Below, piece by piece: positions 49,697 to 58,432 of a DNA stretch of 64,000 nucleotides. The notes beneath the pieces were generated by a model. The model had not been told where the DNA came from and did not search any database. It worked only from the letters and a program-made list of their open reading frames with translations. This DNA comes from Alphaproteobacteria bacterium (GTDB taxonomy: Bacteria > Pseudomonadota > Alphaproteobacteria > Puniceispirillales > Marisalimonadaceae). The stretch lies in contig JAYPPQ010000004.1 of assembly GCA_038131545.1 (NCBI GenBank), positions 599,095-663,094 of the forward strand. The letters run 5' to 3'. Position 1 is the stretch's first letter. Every line of letters begins with the position of its first letter. The position numbers and the translations under genes were made by a program.

Positions 49697-50559
49697 TTAT
49701 TTTTTTCTCATAATCATAAATAAAATTATTGCTATGAATATTGCAAGAAAAGACACTCCAGTGGTTAATGTTCCTAGTGCGTAGATCACAGGGGTTGTTA
49801 CTGTTGTTGTAAGTCCTTTTAATTCTAGTGGCAATGTATTTGTTGCTCCCATAACCTGAGATGAACGAGCTAATTCATCATATGATAATGTAAATCCAAA
49901 AAGTGCTATTCCAATTACACTTGGTGCTATAATGGGCAATACAACAAATTTGAATGTTTGCCAAGAAGATGCACCTAGATCCATAGATGCCTCTTCAAAT
50001 GACTTATCAAATCTATTAAAAATTGCAAACATAATTAATAAACCAAAAGGAAGTGTCCAAGTTAGCTGTGCTCCTAGACCACTTGAATACATGTTTAATG
50101 TAGTTTGAAATTCTTCAATTATCCAGTTAATGTTATATTTTTCACCTAAAAATTTAATTGTGTCATCTAAAAGTCTAAATTCTAAAGCTATACCTAAAGA
50201 AATAATTATTGAAGGTACAATTAAGCTTGAAACAGTGATAAGAAATAAAAATGAGAGCCAAAAAACTTTTTTCTAAATGCCATTCCAGCAGATAAGGACA
50301 GTAATACGGTCAATATCATTAAGATTAATCCTAAAAATATTGATCTTCTAAAAGCAGAGCCAATATCAACATAACCGCCACCTTCCCAAAGTTTTTGAAA
50401 CCAGTGAAAGGAAAATCCATTCATTGGGAACGTTAAACCACCCTCTGGTCCTTGGAAACTTAACACAACAATAGTAAAAGTTGGACCATATAAAAAAATT
50501 ACGAATGCTATGAAAAAAGTCCAACAAAAATAATATGATTTACCCTTTTTATTTAACAT
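49697..50559 (-). pseudogene. Pot-type ABC transporter permease (second), one frameshift
   Basis: ORFs 50221-50559 and 49697-50092 are N- and C-terminal halves. The gap is open in the -1 frame (FWLSFLFLITVSSLIVPSIIISLGIALEFRLL...). The frames join in the A6-C-T6 tract 50260-50272. Restored length is 287 aa. Confidence 0.8.
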
Positions 50560-51427
50560 TTAAAGTTCTTTTCTGATATCAATAAATTTGGTCATTGTCC
50601 AAATTAATAATAAAGTTATAAAAAGAAGAATTACAGCGTTTGCAGCAGCAGCAGGTAATTGTAAGTAACTCATTTCAACTTGAATAATTTTCCCAATTGA
50701 AGCTATTTGTTGACCACCCATAATACCAATAGTTAAAAAGTCACCCATAACGACTGTAATTACAAAAATTGATCCAATTATAATTCCAGGTTTACATAGT
50801 GGTATAATTATATTAGTCAAAATTTGGAAACCATTAGCACCTGAATCATAAGCAGCTTCAATAAGAGATTTATCAATTCTAATTAGAGAGTTAAAAATTG
50901 GAACAATCATAAATAAAGTATACAAGTGAATAAAAGCTAAAATCACAGAGAATTCCGAATATAAAAACCATTCTTGTGGTTCATCAATCACGCCAGTTGA
51001 AATCAAAAAAGAATTAAATAAACCGTTTCTTCCAAGAAGTGGTATCCATGAGATCATTCTTATTACATTTGAAGTCCAAAATGGAATTGTACAAATCAAA
51101 AATAATACTATCTGCATTCCTACTGATCTGACATGAAATACTAAAAATACGCAACAGTAAAACCAATAATTAATGTAAAAACCATGCCATAAAACAAAAA
51201 TAAAAAGTTGATAAATAGGTTTTAAAAGTTACGCATAAATCTGTAGAAAATTTAAAGCAATTATTAAAAATGTATTTATAATTTTCAAAAATAAAATCAG
51301 GAATGATTGAATATTCAGTGTAATCCCAAAAACTAACAATTATTGTTAAAATGAGGGGTATTATAAAAAAAAATATGAAATTTATATAAAAGGGCAGTGC
51401 TAACAAAAAGTATTTATTAATTTTCAT
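50560..51427 (-). pseudogene. Pot-type ABC transporter permease (first), two frameshifts
   Basis: ORFs 51170-51427 and 50560-51117 are linked by a 35-nt segment in a third frame (FTLIIGFTVAYF). One-base deficits lie at the A5 runs 51177-51181 and 51143-51147. Restored length is 289 aa. Confidence 0.8.
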
Positions 51428-51450
51428 ATTTATTTTTTAGATGGAAAATT

Positions 51451-51483
51451 TGTAGAGAGCAATAAATAAAATTACTCTCTACA
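51451..51483 (-). terminator. intercistronic hairpin between the binding-protein and permease genes
   Basis: TGTAGAGAG (51451-51459) pairs with CTCTCTACA (51475-51483) across a 15-nt loop, with a weak T-tract. Confidence 0.35.
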
Positions 51484-51491
51484 ATTTGAAA

Positions 51492-52773
51492 TTAGGATGC
51501 GATCATTTCATTCCATTTTCTAACCATGTATTTGTTTTCATCCATGGTAGCATTCCAACAAGCAACTGCGCCCATACGGTCATTATAAGATCCACCGTCT
51601 CTTATCTCACCTTTAGATGCTAGTTTTTTCCAGTTGGAGAAAGTATATCTTGAGATGCTGGCTTACCTTTCATCCAGTAATCCCACTCATAAGATTTCAT
51701 GTTCTTTTCAGCAGTCGATAGAACAGCAGAGTAATAGCCTTGTCTATTTAAATAGGCGCCCATCCAACCAGAAAGAAACCAGTTTATGTATTCGTAAGAA
51801 ATATCTGCTTGTCTTCCTTTTGCAGTTGATGGTAATGCAAAACCAGCCGCCCATGCTCTATAACCTTCTTTAAGTGGCTGATAAACGCAAGGAATTCCCT
51901 GGGATCTAACGGCTGTAATAGCTGGTGACCACATTGATTGAATTACGACTTCACCTGATGCCATTAAATTTACACTCTCATTAAAGTCACTCCAAAAAGC
52001 TCTAAATTGTCCTGCTTTTTTTGCTTCAGTAAAAATTTTCATTGTAAGATCAATCTCAGCTTTTGTCATATTACCTTTATCAGGATATTTGTATTCACCC
52101 ATTGCTTCTACAACCATAGCTGCATCCATGATACCTATAGAAGGTATATTTAGGATTGAGGCTTTGCCTTTAAATTCCGGATTTAACAATTCTGCCCAAG
52201 TAGAAATTGGTCTTTTAATTAAATCTGGTCTTATTCCTAATGTATCTGCATTGTATACTGTTGGGATTAAGGTTACATACCTTGAGGGCTCTGAAGTAAA
52301 TTCTTTAGATTTAGGACCTTTTAGATATAAAACCTTTTTAGGTGCTGTACCCTGATCGCCAATAGTTTTCCCATTAACTTTACCTTCAGTAAAAGCAGTT
52401 ACAACATTACTCCATTCTTTGATTCTATTTGTATCCATGCCTAATAGACTTCCAGATGGAACAAGTTTTGGCATGCTAAAATATTCAGAATCAACAATAT
52501 CGAAGCTGTTAGGTTGAGTAAGAATTGTTTTTACAACTTCGTCTGTCGTTTTTGAAATATATTTAATTTTGATACCTGTATCTTCAAACAATTTTTTTTC
52601 AGGTTCTGATCCCATGTTAACTGCAGTACCTAGGTATCTAATTGTTGGTGTACCTGAAGCATGTATTGCTGGGAAACCTGTAATTAATCCAGAACCTACA
52701 GCAGCACCAGCTAAAGCTGTGGATGATTTTAAAAAATTTCTTCTAGAAATTTTTTTGTTAATTTTTTTGACAT
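51492..52773 (-). pseudogene. Pot-type (family 1) ABC substrate-binding protein with a Tat-like leader, two frameshifts
   Basis: An ATG at 52771-52773 with AAGGAG upstream gives MSKK... After a 1-nt deficit in a T7 run (52750-52756 or 52762-52768) it continues as KKISRRNFLKSSTALAGAAVGSGLITGFPAIHA and into ORF 51620-52615. The C-terminus (LASKGEIRDGGSYNDRMGAVACWNATMDENKYMVRKWNEMIAS) is in the -1 frame after the T6 run 51624-51629. Confidence 0.8.
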
Positions 52774-52941
52774 AAATACTCCTTTTTATTGGATTAAATA
52801 TAAATTAATTTGATAGTTTATTAATCAATAAAATGAAATTTAATAAATTTATTTGAAAATTGATTAATTTTTTTGCATTGTTCATTTATAGATTTTAATT
52901 TAAATTATTTTATAGTTCGTTTTTATATTTTGAAGAAATCA

Positions 52942-53915
52942 ATGTCGAAACCACTTAACTTAGAATTAGCCAAATTACTTAAAAATATGATGGTATTGTT
53001 GCAGTAAACAATATCAATTTAAAAATTAAAGCTGGATCATATTGTTGTTTGTTAGGACCATCAGGATGTGGAAAGACATCTACATTAAGGATGATTGCAG
53101 GTCATGAAGAAATTTCAGATGGTGATATATTATTAGGCGATACAATAATAAATAATTTACCACCTTCTAAAAGAGGAACGTCAATGATGTTTCAAAATTA
53201 TGCTCTTTTCCCACATTTAAATTGTTTAGATAATGTTGCATTTCCACAAAAGATTAAGGGTATAAGTAAAGAGAAAAGATATTCCGCTGCTTTAAAAATT
53301 TTAGAAATGGTTCAAATGAAAAACTTTTCTGATAGGTATCCAAATCAATTATCTGGAGGCCAGCAACAAAGAGTAGCACTAGCTAGATCATTAATAACAA
53401 GTCCTTCAATTCTATTATTAGATGAGCCTCTTTCAGCACTTGATCCATTTCTTCGAATAAAAATGCGATCAGAGTTAAAAAACATACAAAAAAAATTAGG
53501 TATTACTTTTATTCATGTAACGCACTCACAAGAAGAAGCATTAGCATTAGCTGATATAGCAGTTGTCATGAATAATGGAATAATTGAACAATTTGATACT
53601 CCCTATAATATTTTCAATAAACCAAAAAATGAGTTTGTAGCAAACTTTGTGGGAAGTCATAATGTAGTTTATTTAAAGGATAAAAAAATCGCTGTAAGAA
53701 TGGATCAAATGAGTATAGTTAAAACAAAAAAATCAAACGATAATACTATGATAATAGAAGATATTGAGTTTCAAGGTGAAAACGTTAAATTGATGTGTTC
53801 AAATCAAAATATTAATTTACAAATATTAGTTGATGATAAATTGTTTTTTAAAAATGAATTCAAATTAGATCAGAAAGTTGACATAACATGGGATGAAAAA
53901 AATGTCATGTGTTAA
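52942..53915 (+). pseudogene. ABC transporter ATPase (PotA-like), one frameshift
   Basis: ATG at 52942 gives MSKPLNLELAKLLK. The A5 run 52981-52985 is then one base short of joining YDGIVAVNNINLKIKAGSYCCLLGPSGCGKTS (Walker A). LSGGQQQRVALAR and LLLDEP are downstream. Confidence 0.8.
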
Positions 53916-53976
53916 TGTAACAAAATATAAATTGTTTAAAAAATCAATTTGAATAAAAAATAATAAGCTTAGTTAA

Positions 53977-55195
53977 TTAAAGATTTTTAACAAACCTATA
54001 TAAGTTACTTAAAACTTTACGTTCTGAGTTTTCTAAAAAAGTTACGTTACCAGGTGGCATTGCGTATGACACTACAGCTTGAGAATAAACACCCTTCTAT
54101 ATTTTTAATTAAATCATTTATATTTTCAAGATTAACTAGTTTTGGAGAACGTTCCATGTTTTCCCACAGTGGTTCTTTTGCATGACACATTGAACATTTA
54201 GAGACGATTATCTCTTCTGATGCTAAAATTAGATCGTTAGGAATTTGTTCTATAATTAAATTTGAACTTTCTTTATTTTCTGTCAAATTGGGTTTTCCTT
54301 TGTCTGATAAATAAACAGAGAATAAAACAATTATTAAAATTGGAATCCAGAGGAGATAAGGAGGTTTTTTTCCAGAATGTTTTATATTAAAAAAATGTCT
54401 TATTAATGCACCAACAATTATAATTAGTGAAATTATTATCCACGAATAGTCAGTAGCGTATATAGCTGGATAATGATTGCTTATCATAATAAATATTACT
54501 GGAAGGGTTAAATAATTATTATGTAAAGATCTTTGTTTTGCAGTTATTCCATGAATTGCATCAGGTGTTTTATTTTCAAGTAAACTCTTAACTACTTTTT
54601 TTTGTCCAGGAATTATAATCATTAAAACATTAGCAACCATTATAGTTCCTAACATCGAACCAATTTGCATATAAGCTCCTCGATGAGAAAAAACTTCAAA
54701 ATATAACCAACTAAATAATGTAAATACTAAGAGTATAAATATTGATAATATCGTATTGTTTTGATTTACAGTTTTTTTACAAATAAAATTATATAAAACC
54801 CATCCTAAAATAATTCCTATTAATGATAATGATATTGCTTCCCAATTTGAGATATCAAACTTTTCAATTTCAATCATATAAAGATCAGCACTAATATAAT
54901 AAACAAGTATTAAAAGTAAAAAACCAGATATCCAAGTTCCATAAGCTTCCCACTTAAACCAAGTAAGTTGAGATGGAAGTTTTTCTGGAGCAACAAGATA
55001 CTTTACTATTTGATAAAATCCTCCTCCATGAACTTGCCAAGCTTCCCCATGAGCATTTTTGGGGATATCTTTTCTTTTGATTAAACTTAGATCTAAAGCA
55101 ATAAAATAAAAACTTGAACCAATCCAAGCTATTCCTGCAATCACATGCAACCACCTAACTAAAAATTCAGTCCATTCGAGTAAAATATAAGACAC
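53977..55195 (-). pseudogene. puuD: membrane urate hydroxylase with C-terminal cytochrome c domain (PuuD-like), one frameshift near the 3' end
   Basis: WLHVIAGIAWIGSSFYF and a multi-TM DUF989-type body; CSMCH heme-c motif. The last 38 codons (VYSQAVVSYAMPPGNVTFLENSERKVLSNLYRFVKNL) are in the +1 frame, which opens only at 54091-54093 and implies one extra base around the CCC at 54092-54094. The probable start is the GTG at 55193-55195, after GAGGAAG. Confidence 0.75.
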
Positions 55196-55196
55196 T

Positions 55197-55547
55197 TTAG
55201 CTTCCTCTATATGTACTATAACCAAATGGGGAAACTAACAAAGGAATATGATAATGACTTTGATCGTAAATAGAAAAATCGATAGTAATTTTGTCGTAGA
55301 ATGAATAATCGGAATTTACAATTTCATTTTTTAAAAAATAATCTTTTACATGAAACACAAGTTGGTAATTTCCAAACTTAAAATTTTCATCAGAAAGTAG
55401 AGGTTTGTCGACACGACCATCTTTATTTGTAGTACATTCTAAAATTTTATTTTTAACTTCATTGTTTAAAAAAAATAATTCTATTAGAATATTATGTGCA
55501 GGTTTGCCAATGCTTGTATCCAATACATGTGTAGTTAACCCAGCCAT
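55197..55547 (-). CDS. hiuH: 5-hydroxyisourate hydrolase (transthyretin-like)
   Basis: HVLDTSIGKPA N-terminus and the diagnostic C-terminal YRGS; 116 aa. Confidence 0.9.
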   Translation of the reverse strand: MAGLTTHVLDTSIGKPAHNILIELFFLNNEVKNKILECTTNKDGRVDKPLLSDENFKFGNYQLVFHVKDYFLKNEIVNSDYSFYDKITIDFSIYDQSHYHIPLLVSPFGYSTYRGS

Positions 55548-55580
55548 AAATTTTTATATCATATATGTTGAGGCAAAGAA

Positions 55581-56102
55581 ATGGAAAATGAAATTATCAA
55601 TTTTGAAAATAAAAATTTTAAAAAATCAAAATTTATATCTTTATTTGAGTCGATATATGAACATTCTGATTGGGTAATTAAAAGCGTTATTGAGGATAAA
55701 TCTAATATTCCAAATACAATAAATGAGCTTAGATCAGCTATGAAAAAAGTTGTAAATAAAAGCTCAGATAATTTAAAACTAAAGTTATTAAGAGCTCATC
55801 CAGAACTTGGAATTAAAAAAAATCAGTTATCTAGCCTTACAGAATCATCTCAAGAAGAACAAAAATCTGCTGGTTTAGATCAGTGTTCAGAAGAAGAATA
55901 TGAGGAAATTAAATCACTTAACAAATCCTACAAAGAAAAGTTTCAATTTCCATTTATTATAGCGGTTAAAGGACTAAATAGATTAGATATAATTAAATCA
56001 ATGAAAAAAAGAGTTGATAATAATTATGAGGAAGAATTTTTAACTGCAATTAATGAAGTTCATAAGATTGCTAAAATTAGATTGGATGCCCTAGAGCTTT
56101 AG
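55581..56102 (+). CDS. uraD: OHCU decarboxylase
   Basis: LLRAHPELG and FPFIIAVKG motifs; 173 aa. Confidence 0.85.
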   Translation: MENEIINFENKNFKKSKFISLFESIYEHSDWVIKSVIEDKSNIPNTINELRSAMKKVVNKSSDNLKLKLLRAHPELGIKKNQLSSLTESSQEEQKSAGLDQCSEEEYEEIKSLNKSYKEKFQFPFIIAVKGLNRLDIIKSMKKRVDNNYEEEFLTAINEVHKIAKIRLDALEL

Positions 56103-58430
56103 TTTTTTTAAAACTGGTGCATTAAATATTGTAATAGAAGGCAAATCTTTTTCCCATTTATGTATTTCAACTAGAGTAGAATGAGCCGAAGGACCCTGAC
56201 TTAAAGATGAACAACCAATATCATCAGTTAGAACATTAGGGTTGCCGTGAATGCAAAATGTGTCATCATCAACTGCAGGATTATACCAAGCACCAACTGG
56301 TAGAAATACAATTCCTTCCATTACATCATCAGAAATTTTTATACCTGCTAGGCATGAACCTCTATCATTAAAAACTTTGACAATATCGTCATTTTTTAAA
56401 TTTCTTATTTTTGCGTCATTTGGATTTATTAAAAGCGGTTCTCTTCCATGGATTTTAGATTTTTTACTGTGTTTACCGTTATCAAGTTGACTATGTAGTC
56501 TATTTTCAGGTTGACCGGAAATTAGATGTAATGGATATGTTTTTGTTGTATTTGAGCCTAGCCATTCTTTTGGTTCTAGCCATTTAGGATGACCTGGGCA
56601 ATCAGAGTAGTTAAAACTATCCACCTCATCTGAAAAAATTTCAATTTTTTTAGAACGATTTGATAAAGGAAATTGTTCAGGTTTTTTTACAAAATCTTCC
56701 ATTAATATTTGTTCATGTGTAGGTTTTAAAACTTCAAAAAATCCTCCATTCCAAAATTCATCAAAATCAGGAAGATAAAAATTATTTTCTTTTGCACTTT
56801 CTTTTGCCTCACTCCACAAAGTTTTAAGCCATTCTTCTTCATTTTTATTTTCTGTAAATTGTTTTTTAAAATCTAGCTTTTCTGAAATTAAAGAAAATAT
56901 ATCAAAATCATTTTTTGAATTTCCTACAGGATCTATTGCCTTATGCATTGGTGAAACGGTTTGTTCCCAATGTCTGAAACCAATATCATTTCTTTCAAGT
57001 GTTGTTGTAGTAGGTAATACTATATCAGCATGTCTTGCAAGGCTATTCCACCATATCTCATTTGTAATAATTGTATCAGGTTTAAATGTGGCTTTTCTTA
57101 ATTTTGATAAATTCATTTGATGATGAAATGGGTTACCTCCAGCCCAGTAAACTAATTTTATGTTTGGATATGAATATGTTTGACCATTAAATGTAAAGTT
57201 TTTTCCAGGATTGAGTAACATATCTGAATATCTTGCGACTGGGATGAAATCTTTTATCTGATTTTTGAATTGATTCAATGCAGGCCATTTAAAATGTTTA
57301 ACGGGATTTCCAATCCCATTTTCAGCACTATAACCTAAACCAAAACCACCCCCGGGTTGACCAATTTGTCCTATCATTGCTGCTAAAACAACTATCATCC
57401 AATGTGGTTGTTCACCATATTGTTGTCTTTGAAGTGACCATGAGCCAGAAACAAGAACTTTTTTATTTTGAATTGTATCTATAATTTTGTGAAAAACTGT
57501 TTTATCAAGTCCTGTTATCGTTTGAGCCCATTCAGGGTCCTTTTTTATTCCATCATTATTGCCAAGAAGATAATCTTTAAATTTATCATAACCATGACAA
57601 TGTGTTTGTAAAAATTCTCGATTGCATAGATTTTTACTTTCTAATAAATAAGCAAGACCGAGCATAAAGGCTGTATCAGTTCCTGGTCTGATCTTTAACC
57701 ACTCGGCATTAACTAATTTATCAGCCTCAAAATTTGTAGGACTTATATTAAAAAATTTGACATTTCTATTTTTACATTTTTTTAAAAAAGTTTTTGTTGT
57801 ATGAAAGCCCACACCTCCTGAAGTCACTTGAGAATTTTTTAATGGCAGACTACCAAACATTAAGATTACATCTGTATTTTTTGAAATGCTATTCCAATCA
57901 GTATGTTGATCTAAAAATTTTCTATAAGGCATGCCTATCACGTGTGGAATAATTGTTTCACTTGCTGCATAAGAATATGTGGTAACTGATTTAACGTAAC
58001 CACCAAAACAATTAAAAAAACGGTGTAATTGACTTTGAGCATGATGAAATCTTCCCGCAGATGCCCAACCATAGGATCCTGCAAAAATAGATTTATTCGT
58101 AAATTTAGTTTTAACTCTGTTTAACTCTTTTGAAATTATATCTATAGCCTCTGCCCATGAAATTTCAATAAACTCATCATTTCCTCTTTTTTCTCTAGCT
58201 CTATCAGAGGCTATATTATTATTTTCACTTTCATTTAAATAATCATGGTACCAACCAGATCTAACGCAAGGGTTTTGAATTCTTAATTTATCATTTACTG
58301 CATCAATCATTCCCTCTGAAATTAGAGAGGGGTTTTCATCTTTTTCATAAGGTTCAAGAGATATAAGTTTTTTATTTTTTACTTTAGGGTAATAGCTTCC
58401 CCAATGAGCACTTGTTGTTTTAATTTTCAT
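56091..58430 (-). CDS. molybdopterin oxidoreductase, BisC/TorZ-type S-/N-oxide reductase family, no Tat leader
   Basis: 779 aa; N-terminus MKIKTTSAHWGSYY... is typical of cytoplasmic BisC-family enzymes; the C-terminal beta-barrel region is present. Confidence 0.7.
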   Translation of the reverse strand: MKIKTTSAHWGSYYPKVKNKKLISLEPYEKDENPSLISEGMIDAVNDKLRIQNPCVRSGWYHDYLNESENNNIASDRAREKRGNDEFIEISWAEAIDIISKELNRVKTKFTNKSIFAGSYGWASAGRFHHAQSQLHRFFNCFGGYVKSVTTYSYAASETIIPHVIGMPYRKFLDQHTDWNSISKNTDVILMFGSLPLKNSQVTSGGVGFHTTKTFLKKCKNRNVKFFNISPTNFEADKLVNAEWLKIRPGTDTAFMLGLAYLLESKNLCNREFLQTHCHGYDKFKDYLLGNNDGIKKDPEWAQTITGLDKTVFHKIIDTIQNKKVLVSGSWSLQRQQYGEQPHWMIVVLAAMIGQIGQPGGGFGLGYSAENGIGNPVKHFKWPALNQFKNQIKDFIPVARYSDMLLNPGKNFTFNGQTYSYPNIKLVYWAGGNPFHHQMNLSKLRKATFKPDTIITNEIWWNSLARHADIVLPTTTTLERNDIGFRHWEQTVSPMHKAIDPVGNSKNDFDIFSLISEKLDFKKQFTENKNEEEWLKTLWSEAKESAKENNFYLPDFDEFWNGGFFEVLKPTHEQILMEDFVKKPEQFPLSNRSKKIEIFSDEVDSFNYSDCPGHPKWLEPKEWLGSNTTKTYPLHLISGQPENRLHSQLDNGKHSKKSKIHGREPLLINPNDAKIRNLKNDDIVKVFNDRGSCLAGIKISDDVMEGIVFLPVGAWYNPAVDDDTFCIHGNPNVLTDDIGCSSLSQGPSAHSTLVEIHKWEKDLPSITIFNAPVLKKLKL

Positions 58431-58432
58431 GA

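Noticed and set aside
52569-52775. Plus-strand ORF of 68 aa covering the 5' end of the binding-protein gene.
   Set aside because: The minus strand here encodes a convincing SD + ATG + Tat-type leader once the homopolymer frameshift is allowed for. The plus-strand ORF is a shadow.
52836-52850. Perfect 15-nt palindrome AAATTTA-A-TAAATTT, and other A/T-only inverted repeats in the 168-bp divergent spacer.
   Set aside because: It is composed only of A and T in a spacer that is more than 85% AT. Such palindromes arise readily by chance, and there is no supporting second copy.
18507-52985. The idea that the homopolymer frameshifts are programmed (phase variation or programmed ribosomal frameshifting).
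   Set aside because: The tracts are short at 5-7 nt. There are no slippery heptamers with downstream structures. The affected genes are ordinary metabolic genes, and several carry two lesions. Sequencing error or decay is more parsimonious. This is kept only as a minor alternative in the findings.
55196-55225. N-terminal extension of puuD overlapping the end of hiuH, from a TTG start.
   Set aside because: A GTG at 55193-55195, preceded by GAGGAAG at proper spacing and placed right after the hiuH stop, gives the expected N-terminus (SYILLEW...).
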